Source: an uncultured Roseburia sp. (GTDB lineage Bacteria > Bacillota > Clostridia > Lachnospirales > Lachnospiraceae). From it: a stretch of DNA of 64,000 bases. Below are positions 10,502 through 19,277 of the stretch, one piece after another. The position numbers and the translations under genes are program-made. The stretch is from NCBI GenBank assembly GCA_964491235.1, contig CAZBFN010000007.1, positions 54,728 to 118,727 on the forward strand, in the 5' to 3' direction. Within the stretch, counting starts at the first letter, position 1, and the number at the start of each line of letters is the position of its first letter. Below the pieces are notes generated by a model. The model saw only the letters and a program-made list of their open reading frames with translations. It was not told the origin of the DNA and did no database searches.

Positions 10502-11651
10502 AGCATTTTTTACCATAGCAAAAAAGCGGGCTGTCTCCGCAATCATGTACTTTATCATATACGCAATCATTTGCGTATTGATAACATCTACCGCACAGGA
10601 CACGTATGCGGATCATTTTCAATCGACCGCGTTACAGGTGTCCGTTGCCGACGAAGATGACTCCACCGCAAGCCATGCATTGACCAGTTATCTCGCCTCC
10701 ATCCATAATGTAAGCGAATTTGATGGCGATAAGGAACATCTGTTAGATAAAATCTATTACCGTACCTTAAACTATTCCTTGACAATTCCTGCAGGATTTG
10801 AGGAAAAGCTGCTTGCTGGAGAGACAGAGGAACTGCTTTCCACTATGGCTATTCCGGGAAGTAACAGCAGCTACTATGTAAATCAGCAGATTACACAGTA
10901 CTTACAGACCTTGCAGCTTTATCTTGCCAATGGGTATGATATGAACAGCGCCATTGAAAAGACAGATGCGGCGGTGGCAAGTGTTCCAGAAGTAGAAGTT
11001 GTCAGCTTCCAAGGAGAAGAGTCTGATGCTAACAGCAGCGTTTTCTATTTCTTCCAGTATCTCCCATACGTTTTTATCTGCTTACTGTTTGCAGGTATGA
11101 CACCAATTTTGGTCACCATGAATGGAGGTGGCATGAAGGAGCGAACCTCCTGCTCAGCTCTCCCTTCCAGAAAGCGCACAGCACAACTCTCCTTAGGTTG
11201 TACACTTTACAGTTTTATTGCATGGGCATTATTCATGGTATTGTACCTGATCCTGTACGGAGGAGAAGGATTTTCGGTAAATATTCTATATGCAGTACTT
11301 AACAGCTTCGTGTTCCTGCTGTTTGCTGCAGCCATGGCACTGTTAATCAGCTGTTTCTCACCGAATGATAATACGGTAAATATGCTGGCTAACATTATCG
11401 GACTTGGTATGGCATTTCTCTGTGGTATCTTCGTTCCGCAGTCCATGCTACCAGACTCCGTGCTTAGTGTGGCAAAGTTCCTGCCAGCTTACTGGTATGT
11501 ACGTGCCAACAATATGCTAGGCGGCTTTGGAAAGGAAGTCTTTGATTTGGATTTCTACTGGCTCTGCATCGGAATACAGCTCCTATTTACGGTTGCTATC
11601 TTTACAGTAACTATGGTATTTTCCAAGCAGCGACGCACCCAGCATAGCTAA
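10488..11651 (+). CDS. ABC-2 family permease
   Basis: Same topology; FLCGIFVP and LPAYW motifs; overlaps the previous gene. Confidence 0.9.
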   Translation: MQVFKAFFTIAKKRAVSAIMYFIIYAIICVLITSTAQDTYADHFQSTALQVSVADEDDSTASHALTSYLASIHNVSEFDGDKEHLLDKIYYRTLNYSLTIPAGFEEKLLAGETEELLSTMAIPGSNSSYYVNQQITQYLQTLQLYLANGYDMNSAIEKTDAAVASVPEVEVVSFQGEESDANSSVFYFFQYLPYVFICLLFAGMTPILVTMNGGGMKERTSCSALPSRKRTAQLSLGCTLYSFIAWALFMVLYLILYGGEGFSVNILYAVLNSFVFLLFAAAMALLISCFSPNDNTVNMLANIIGLGMAFLCGIFVPQSMLPDSVLSVAKFLPAYWYVRANNMLGGFGKEVFDLDFYWLCIGIQLLFTVAIFTVTMVFSKQRRTQHS

Positions 11652-11693
11652 TATGGCGTACTTTCCGCTTTAAAATACCCTTTGCTATCTGAC

Positions 11694-11729
11694 AAAACCC
11701 CCGCGCATCACACCAATGCGCGGGGTTTT
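11694..11729. terminator. Bidirectional intrinsic terminator
   Basis: AAAACCCC(C)GCGCAT-loop-ATGCGCGGGGTTTT between convergent genes. Confidence 0.85.
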
Positions 11730-11754
11730 ATTACATTATTTTCTTTTATAAAGG

Positions 11755-12636
11755 TTAAATGGACACATCTACACTTGCTGTTTCCGTAGAAGCTGCTCCT
11801 TCACTGCCAGTTGCAACTCCCCAAGCTGCCCCATCATAGGATGCTCCACTGGCTTCAAGCGCCATCTCCGCCTCGATCTGTGCTTCCACTTCCGCTTCGA
11901 TCTCCGCTTCGATCTGCTGCCCTGCCATCATCTCCAACATCTGCACTTCTGCCATTGCTGCCGCTTCCATGCTAAGGTCTAAGACTGCACCAGATCCTAC
12001 CGATGAATAGCTTCCTACTCCCGTGCCATTCTCCGTCTGTCCCTTGATATACTTCATATTCGCTTCGTTGATCTTGCTCTGCTCCTGATTGCGGTGCATA
12101 CGACGCTTTTGTACCATCTCATTACGCTTACGCTTTTCCTTGGTGACCTGCTGTATCTCCTCGCTCATCACCTTGCTCTTTAGTGCCCGCTCCTTCTGGC
12201 CTACACGGCGCTTTACTTCATTTTGCTTCTGCTGCTCCTGCCCTGTACTTTCCCTCTTATGTGTTGCCTGCTCCCGCTCTTCTTCCTTCAGGTTGCGCAC
12301 CTTTAACTGCGCACAACGCACCATACGTCTTGCATGGGCAATCGCATTGGCAACTTCCTTGGAATCGTACTGCCCAGAGCCTGCTGCAGTCTGTAAATTT
12401 GCCAGTCTACGCTTCGCACGGCTAAGCACGTTTCCCGCGCTCTGGGACTTTTTCGCACGCATGAGCTGTCCAGAGATCTCTCTGTGATTATAATTGAGAG
12501 ACTTTTTTACTTTGTTCTGTGTCTTACCCACGCCCAGCATACTTCCGCTTACAGAATTCCTATTATTAACAGAAAGCATCCCCGTCAGCATGGACTGACT
12601 CTGGTTGCTTCCCGTTCCATTTATCGTGGTTCCCAT
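11755..12636 (-). CDS. Hypothetical coiled-coil protein, probably sigma28-transcribed
   Basis: 293-aa ORF with RBS GGAGGA; K/R/Q-rich helical core; acidic C-terminus ending SVDVSI. Confidence 0.7.
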   Translation of the reverse strand: MGTTINGTGSNQSQSMLTGMLSVNNRNSVSGSMLGVGKTQNKVKKSLNYNHREISGQLMRAKKSQSAGNVLSRAKRRLANLQTAAGSGQYDSKEVANAIAHARRMVRCAQLKVRNLKEEEREQATHKRESTGQEQQKQNEVKRRVGQKERALKSKVMSEEIQQVTKEKRKRNEMVQKRRMHRNQEQSKINEANMKYIKGQTENGTGVGSYSSVGSGAVLDLSMEAAAMAEVQMLEMMAGQQIEAEIEAEVEAQIEAEMALEASGASYDGAAWGVATGSEGAASTETASVDVSI

Positions 12637-12752
12637 TACTCATTCCTCCCTGAATCAACGTGTGTCATCATCGAAAACACACAAAAGGCTTGCCTGAACG
12701 GAAAATTCCATTCAAACAAGCCCCTAAATACATGAATCCGTTCATATATCTT

Positions 12753-12781
12753 ACATCGGACGATGCAAGGCTAATTTTTAG
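12753..12781 (-). promoter_or_regulatory. Sigma28 (SigD/FliA)-type promoter
   Basis: Minus strand CTAAA-N16-TCCGATGT against consensus TAAA-N16-GCCGATAT. Confidence 0.6.
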
Positions 12782-12826
12782 CCCATTTTCTCAAAATATC
12801 GCATCTGTCGCACGTTTGCTTATTTC

Positions 12827-14827
12827 TTAGCAGATCTCTGCTCCTGCTGGCATTGGCTTTTCTGGTGTCATCAGTGCAAGGTTGCCCTCTGCATCCTCAG
12901 CGCAGAGTAACATACCCTCAGAGAGAACGCCTGCAAGCTTAGCTGGCTTTAAGTTCACAAGAACCATGACCTTCTTGCCTACCATCTCTTCTGGTGTGTA
13001 ATACTTACGGATACCGGATACGATCTGCTTTACTTCGCTTCCGACTCTTACCTGTGAACAAAGCAGCTTCTTGGACTTCTCCACTGCCTCACAAGCGATG
13101 ATCTCGCCCACCTGGAACTGCATCTTCATAAAGTCATCGTACTCGATCTCAGCCTTTTTCTCGATATCGATGACATCCTCTGATGCACCTTCCTCTGCTG
13201 GAACTTCCTCGCCAAGTGCTCTCTGCTCTGCCTCGAATTCTTTCTTCTGAGCCTCCTGAATCGCCTCTACCTTTGGCATGATATCCTTTGGATCAAGACG
13301 TGCAAACAGGATTTCTGGCTTCTCGACTACCTTCTTGCCGCTTTCATACAGACCGAACTTATCTAAGTCATCAAAGCTTCTTAATGTGGTATTGAGCTGT
13401 GCTGCAATCTTAGCTGCTGTCTCTGGAAGGAAGCTCTCTAACAGAGATGCACCGATGTTGATAGACTCTACTAAGTTGTAGAGAACCTCACTCAGACGAT
13501 CCTTCTGTGCCTCATCCTTCGCTAATACCCAAGGAACTGTCTCGTCAATATACTTGTTGCAACGGCGGAATACAGCAAACACTTCAGAAATCGCATCTGC
13601 AACACGAAGGTCTTCCATCTTCTTTGCGACCTTATCTCTTGCTCCAGTTACAACTTCCTTTAAATCAGCATCTACTTCATCCGTCACACCTGTGCTTGCC
13701 ACCACACCATCAAAATACTTGTTACTCATGGAAACAGTACGGTTTACAAGGTTTCCAAGGATATTTGCAAGGTCAGAGTTGAAGCGCTCCACTACGAGCT
13801 CCCATGTGATGATTCCATCATTTTCAAATGGCATCTCGTGAAGTACGAAGTAACGTGTCGCATCCACGCCAAATAAATCTACCATATCGTCAGCGTAAAT
13901 TACATTTCCCTTGGACTTACTCATCTTGTCGCCGCCCTGTAAGAGCCATGGGTGTCCAAATACCTGCTTTGGCAATGGAAGATCTAATGCCATCAAAAGA
14001 ATTGGCCAATAAATCGTATGGAAACGGATAATATCCTTACCAATCAGGTGTAAGTCTGCTGGCCAGTTCTTATTAAATAACTCGGATGAGTTGCCATCTG
14101 CATCATAACCAATCTTGGTAATATAGTTGCTTAATGCATCAATCCATACATAGATAACATGCTTTGGATCAAAGTCTACTGGCACGCCCCATGAGAAAGA
14201 ACTTCTAGTCACACACAAATCCTGTAATCCCGGAAGCAAGAAGTTGTTCATCATCTCATTCTTACGGGATACTGGCTGAATGAACTCTGGGTGTGTGTTG
14301 ATATGCTCGATCAGACGATCTGCATACTTGCTCATTTTAAAGAAGTAAGCCTCTTCCTTTGCTGGCTGTACCTCACGTCCACAGTCTGGACACTTGCCAT
14401 CCACAAGCTGAGACTCTGTCCAGAAGGACTCACATGGTGTACAGTAAAGTCCCTCATAGGAACTCTTATAGATATCTCCCTTATCGTATAACTTCTTGAA
14501 GATCTTCTTGACCTGAGTCTCATGATCCTCGTCTGTGGTACGGACAAAGTTATCATAGGAGGTGTTCATCATATCCCAGATATTCTTTACATCTCCTGCT
14601 ACCTTATCTACATATTCCTTTGGAGTAATGCCAGCCTTCTCTGCCTTCTCCTGAATCTTCTGACCATGCTCATCTGTTCCTGTCTGGAAGTATACGTCAT
14701 AGCCCTCTGCTCTCTTGTATCTTGCGATTGCATCTGCAAGTACGATCTCGTAGGTGTTACCGATGTGCGGCTTGCCTGATGTGTAGGCAATCGCGGTTGT
14801 CATGTAAAATTTTCCTTTATTGCTCAT
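12827..14827 (-). CDS. metG: Methionine--tRNA ligase with C-terminal tRNA-binding domain
   Basis: PHIGN (HIGH), GTDEHG, KMSKS and zinc-knuckle motifs, C-terminal OB fold; start MSNKG with RBS AAAGGAG. Confidence 0.98.
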   Translation of the reverse strand: MSNKGKFYMTTAIAYTSGKPHIGNTYEIVLADAIARYKRAEGYDVYFQTGTDEHGQKIQEKAEKAGITPKEYVDKVAGDVKNIWDMMNTSYDNFVRTTDEDHETQVKKIFKKLYDKGDIYKSSYEGLYCTPCESFWTESQLVDGKCPDCGREVQPAKEEAYFFKMSKYADRLIEHINTHPEFIQPVSRKNEMMNNFLLPGLQDLCVTRSSFSWGVPVDFDPKHVIYVWIDALSNYITKIGYDADGNSSELFNKNWPADLHLIGKDIIRFHTIYWPILLMALDLPLPKQVFGHPWLLQGGDKMSKSKGNVIYADDMVDLFGVDATRYFVLHEMPFENDGIITWELVVERFNSDLANILGNLVNRTVSMSNKYFDGVVASTGVTDEVDADLKEVVTGARDKVAKKMEDLRVADAISEVFAVFRRCNKYIDETVPWVLAKDEAQKDRLSEVLYNLVESINIGASLLESFLPETAAKIAAQLNTTLRSFDDLDKFGLYESGKKVVEKPEILFARLDPKDIMPKVEAIQEAQKKEFEAEQRALGEEVPAEEGASEDVIDIEKKAEIEYDDFMKMQFQVGEIIACEAVEKSKKLLCSQVRVGSEVKQIVSGIRKYYTPEEMVGKKVMVLVNLKPAKLAGVLSEGMLLCAEDAEGNLALMTPEKPMPAGAEIC

Positions 14828-14993
14828 AATAAGCTCCTTTCTGTTTCTGTCCAATGATATTTGCGCTTGATAATGCAGACCTGAAAATGCTGCGCATTTC
14901 CAGGTTCGCGTTGCTCGTCAGATATACGCAAGGCTGCTTCTGTAAGCAAGCTTCCATACAGCCTTACGCATATCTTCCTCTGCATTATCGCGC

Positions 14994-15375
14994 AAAAAAT
15001 CCCCGCCTTCCGATGCGATTTGCCTTACGCAAATACACCTCAGAAGACGGGGCGTTATCCCGTGGTACCACTTCTATTCATCCGGTTCTCACAAACCAGA
15101 CCTCTGTGAATATCTCGACAGTCCTTCGCACTCTGCGCAATTCCCATCTCTAATATCCCCCGCTATAACAGGCGGTCCCGTCAGAACTTATCCCCTCTCA
15201 TCCATGCATATCTGCCTCTGATCTGGGGTTCATCCCTGCCACTCCAAAGCCATATTCCACCTGCCTTTGCTCATTCCCTCTCAGCAACCTGATTCCATCT
15301 AGCAGAATCGACTGGGAATCTCTCTGTAAAGTTCCAACCGGTGTACTCTCTTTTTCATCGTGTTTCTCTATTGAC
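14994..15375 (-). ncRNA. T-box leader (Met specifier)
   Basis: T-box GAATAGAAGTGGTACCACGG (about 15060-15079); stem I AGTA/AGAGA/GCTGAGA; specifier ATG at 15251-15253; terminator with U tract; promoter TTGACT-N17-TACTCT (15383-15411). Confidence 0.9.
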
Positions 15376-15619
15376 TTTCCTAAGAGTAGCATGGAAAACG
15401 GGGAAAGTCAAGGGGCGTGCTAATCCAACAGCTTAATTTTCTACCGTCTGTCCATCCACAATATAGCATTCTGTCACAATTGCTGCCCATATTACCGCCA
15501 TAATTAGGATTCCCAAAATAAGATAAACGAATCCTATACAAAAGGGATGTGGACGAGATTCATAGACCTCTCTTGTAGTTGCAAGTTTAATTTATTTCTT
15601 TTATAATCGCAATAGACAT

Positions 15620-15651
15620 GTGCTATTCGGCAACCAAACCGTGCTATTTGA
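15620..15651 (-). promoter_or_regulatory. LytTR-type direct repeat pair (21-bp period)
   Basis: GTGCTATTCGG (15620) and GTGCTATTTGA (15641); the second copy overlaps TTGACA (15648-15653) upstream of the kinase. Confidence 0.7.
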
Positions 15652-15706
15652 CATATTTTTCCCAGTACTTAAGAATAAGAAGATTATTTTGAAAGGACTA
15701 AATATC

Positions 15707-16998
15707 ATGTATCTTCAAAATTTTTTATTAGATTTACTATCTAATTTTTTTGATTTCTTCACTATGGAATTGTTTACCTTGACCTTTTTCCACTATACAC
15801 ATGTTCATCAGAAAACTTACTACCGCTATCTTTTTTTAGGTATAAATCTGATTATATCTGCCATTCCTTATATTCCATATATGTTGCTTATATCTATCAT
15901 TCTGTCTTTTATTTATTTTTTCCTTGTGTCTTCTTTTCGCTTCAAGGACAGTATTCTATTTTGTATCAAATATCAACTGATTACCAATATCCTCTATTTT
16001 GTTACTGGTTTTTTTGTGCATTTGCAAATTTTAATGCATATGGCATATACCAAGACCTTGATGATATCTTTTTTGATTATCAAACACTTATTAGTCTAAT
16101 ATTGACTTATATTTTATTGAACCTATACGTCAACACCAAGCGCCTTCACTCTCTCCATATTAAAACAGTCTATCCGATGACCTTTTCTCTTTTATCCGTC
16201 GGAATCGTCTTTCTCATGCTCTTTTTTAACAATATGCTCTCAAAATACGACGAACTGACGAACCTCCTGCCATGGCTCTATGTTGCCATTGTTAGCATCC
16301 TTGTTCTCAGTCTGAATTCCTACCGTAAAATTATTGAGACACTAGAAGAACAGATGAAGCAGCATATTCTCGTGGAAAAATATGAAATGGAACTGTCTTA
16401 CTTTACCAACATTCAAGACTCTCTGGATACCCTTTCCCGTATCCGCCATGACTTCAAGAACCATTTGATTGTTTTAGACAGCTATGCCTCCCAGAACCGC
16501 ATTTCAGATCTGCGGAATTATATCAATCAAGTCCACTCCAAACTGACGGACACAAAAATAATTTCCACTCCAAATGACCTTATTTTTTCTATCTTAAATA
16601 CAAAAAATGCAGCCTGTCAGACTCGTGGCATCACATTTCTGACCGACTGCAATTTTGAACATATATATATTTCTGATTTTGCTATTATTACCATTCTTGG
16701 AAATATTCTAGACAACGCAATTACCGCTGCGTCTCAGATTCCAAACGGCAAAGTAGAATTGACACTTTTCCAGATAGATAACTATCTGGAAATTTCCTGC
16801 CGCAATAATCACAATGGCAACATCATAGAGAAAAACGGTTTCTTCTCGAGTACCAAGGAAGATAATTACAATCTACATGGTCTCGGTATCAGCAATGTAC
16901 GGGACTGCGTTAATAATCTGCATGGCACCACAGAGATTTCTTATGATGCCACAAACTTTACAGTAGATATCCTAATCCCAAATCGCTCAGACCGCTGA
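15707..16998 (+). pseudogene. AgrC-like GHKL sensor histidine kinase, frameshifted in a T7 tract (16009-16015)
   Basis: RBS GAAAGGA before ATG 15707; TM N-terminus in one frame, HDFKNHL/NILDNAI/HGLGISNV in the other; adding one T gives a continuous 430-aa ORF. Confidence 0.85.
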
Positions 16999-17844
16999 TA
17001 TAAACTGTTCGTTTGCCTCTTCCCCAACGGAAAGTTTTTTTATCCACACAATTGCACCTACCATGACTACCAACGCAACGATATCCAGTATCCACATTGC
17101 AATATCTGATACCTCTGGCACCAAAGATAACACCTGACCTGTTAGATTAAATACCCCATGAAGCAAAATATTTGCGGCAAGTGAATGAAACCTTTCAAAG
17201 CACCACACTAATATCAGCCCTAAGGCAAATGCATAAAGAAACCAGATCATCGTTCCATGCATTGCCCCAAAGAGAAGCGAAGAAAGTACCGCCGCCAACA
17301 GTACTGGCATTCCCTTCTTCATTCGTGTATACACCAGTCCTCGGAATACGATTTCCTCCAAAACTGGTGCCATAAACACTACAGAAAGCCAATTCACAAT
17401 TACATTTCCCTCTCCCAAGGAACTTGAATTCATCGTATAAGAATCTATCCAACTCTGAGGAAATGGTAGCATATCTAGCACTAACGCAATCACGATGTTA
17501 AGTGCCATTCCCAAAAGAATAATTGGAAGAATGCCTCTAATATTGATCTTTTCTGCAATCACTTCCTTTCGGAACTTCTTCTTCCTAACCAGGAAAATAA
17601 TCCAATAAATCACAATCGTCACGATCCCAGATATAAGAACCATGAGGGTAGAAAGTTCCATTACCCTTGCATAGACCTGCTGATACAATGCCTGACTGTC
17701 TAATTCCTGTCCCAGCGCAATTGTCTCCATCGTCATCTGAGCAGACACCACAATGCTCAGCACAAAACCCGTTATAAATTGTACCGCCAAATATACCCCA
17801 AAGTATAGACTGGCTTTTCCAATTGATTTTAGAGCCTTTTTCAT
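16987..17844 (-). CDS. CPBP (CAAX/Abi) intramembrane metalloprotease
   Basis: EEIVFRG, FGAMH and HGVFN motifs; multiple TM helices. Confidence 0.93.
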   Translation of the reverse strand: MKKALKSIGKASLYFGVYLAVQFITGFVLSIVVSAQMTMETIALGQELDSQALYQQVYARVMELSTLMVLISGIVTIVIYWIIFLVRKKKFRKEVIAEKINIRGILPIILLGMALNIVIALVLDMLPFPQSWIDSYTMNSSSLGEGNVIVNWLSVVFMAPVLEEIVFRGLVYTRMKKGMPVLLAAVLSSLLFGAMHGTMIWFLYAFALGLILVWCFERFHSLAANILLHGVFNLTGQVLSLVPEVSDIAMWILDIVALVVMVGAIVWIKKLSVGEEANEQFISAV

Positions 17845-18629
17845 TCCCTTTCCTCCTTATGTGCAAATACCTCTGCTCTTCGCTCTGATAACAAACGCTT
17901 CATTTTATTCATATGCATCTCACGCAACTGCGGATAATACCGACGACTAACTGGTATCTCAAGATCCCCTGCCAGATATATCCGATCTGTTTCTACTTCC
18001 TTAATATGATCAAAGTTCACGATATAACCTTGATGCGTATAATAGAACTGCTGTGGATTCAATCGTTCATATACCTTAGAAAGTGTATCGTAACTGGTCA
18101 CTTCTCTGTCCGTCAAATGAAATACACATTTATTTCTCTTTTTTTCAATATAGAGAATGCTTTGTAATGGAATAATTCTTTCACTTCGCTCTGTCTTGAT
18201 ACAGAAAAACCTCTCTTCCGCCGCCTCTCTATCCCTTATATATTGAAGCTGTACGATGCAACGGTTTGCCATATGTCTAAAATCTGCATATGCCACAGGC
18301 TTTACCAGATACCCTATCGCATCCACCTTAAACGCCTGATACGCATAATTTTCATAGCTGGTAATAAAGCAGATCTGTGTCTCCTTATCAAAATTGCGAA
18401 TTTCTATCGCCGCATCCGTTCCCTGCATATCCGGCATATCCACATCTAAGAATAAAATATCATACTGCTTCTCCCCGGATCTTAGCTCCTCCAACAGGAC
18501 TCTGGCAGAAGAATAGCGCTCCACCAAAAGCTTATTGCCAGACTCACTCTCATATGCCGCCAGATACTGACAAATACGATCGATATGTACTTCCTCATCA
18601 TCACAGATTGCTAATCGGAATTCATGCAT
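17841..18629 (-). CDS. LytTR family response regulator
   Basis: AICDDE, FLDVDM, ITS and VKP receiver motifs intact; LytTR domain THQGYIVN and IPVSRR; start moved to MHEFR. Confidence 0.93.
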   Translation of the reverse strand: MHEFRLAICDDEEVHIDRICQYLAAYESESGNKLLVERYSSARVLLEELRSGEKQYDILFLDVDMPDMQGTDAAIEIRNFDKETQICFITSYENYAYQAFKVDAIGYLVKPVAYADFRHMANRCIVQLQYIRDREAAEERFFCIKTERSERIIPLQSILYIEKKRNKCVFHLTDREVTSYDTLSKVYERLNPQQFYYTHQGYIVNFDHIKEVETDRIYLAGDLEIPVSRRYYPQLREMHMNKMKRLLSERRAEVFAHKEERE

Positions 18630-18699
18630 AACCTTTACTCCCTCTGCTGTCCTTTGCAAGCTAAATATACTATTTCTCTTTGACCGATGCAATGGACAT

Positions 18700-18710
18700 G
18701 TGCTATTTGG
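18700..18710 (-). promoter_or_regulatory. Single LytTR-type box upstream of the regulator gene
   Basis: GTGCTATTTGG, identical to the copy at 19278; 30 bp from minus-strand -10 TATATT (18664-18669). Confidence 0.55.
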
Positions 18711-18846
18711 TATTAATAATCCACTTTTTTATTTTATCCCAAGGATCACGATATTTCCCAACCGCATAGCCTCCAAAAAAGCCTTCTAGTAAAAGAAAAA
18801 CATATAGCGGAATAACAACTAATGCTTTACAGATTTTCTTGAACAT
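18703..18846 (-). CDS. Unannotated 47-aa cationic membrane peptide (candidate immunity protein)
   Basis: Hand translation MFKKICKALVVIPLYVFLLLEGFFGGYAVGKYRDPWDKIKKWIINTK; GGAG RBS 10 nt upstream; lies directly after the double-glycine peptide. Confidence 0.7.
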   Translation of the reverse strand: MFKKICKALVVIPLYVFLLLEGFFGGYAVGKYRDPWDKIKKWIINTK

Positions 18847-18907
18847 TTTGTCAATTCTCCATGATTTATTTGCGAATTTCTATATTTCAACAAACTTTCG
18901 CAATGTT

Positions 18908-19099
18908 TTACGCCAATCTTGTACCAGAAGTAGTTAACGTTCCTCCACCATTTTCCCAAGTTAGCTTAGCATTGGTCCATATGATTCTATTGGTCAAGAA
19001 GCTTTCCGCTGCACCTAAAAAACCTCCCCAACCACCATCAATCTCCTGCATTTCCATCTCATCCAATTTATAAAATCCTTTAAAAATCTCCTGCTTCAA
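18908..19099 (-). CDS. Double-glycine leader peptide (class II bacteriocin or pheromone precursor)
   Basis: TTG start 9 nt after AAAGGAG; leader ...FYKLDEMEMQEIDGG with hydrophobic residues at -4/-7/-12/-15; 40-aa Cys-free core. Confidence 0.8.
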   Translation of the reverse strand: MKQEIFKGFYKLDEMEMQEIDGGWGGFLGAAESFLTNRIIWTNAKLTWENGGGTLTTSGTRLA

Positions 19100-19277
19100 A
19101 CTTAATATCTCCTTTTCATCATATTTTCACTTGTCAAAAATGTATATTTGACTTAAGTATTTTTGACAAGTACTGTGTGCTTAACTTCAACTGACTTTGC
19201 GCATTATAATCGAAGTCCTTTCGATACGGTATCTATGTCCTACAGTATACTATTTCTTTTAAAAATTCCATAAACAT

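Noticed and set aside
14854-15392. ORFs of 99 and 64 aa in the metG leader
   Set aside because: They overlap the T-box RNA and promoter; no RBS or coding signature.
15433-15563. Small ORF as an AgrD autoinducer precursor
   Set aside because: It lacks the Cys-X4 ring followed by a P/E-rich tail, and no AgrB is present in the window.
18908-19099. Peptide as a lanthipeptide or pediocin-like (class IIa) bacteriocin
   Set aside because: No Cys, no YGNGV motif and no modification enzyme in the window.
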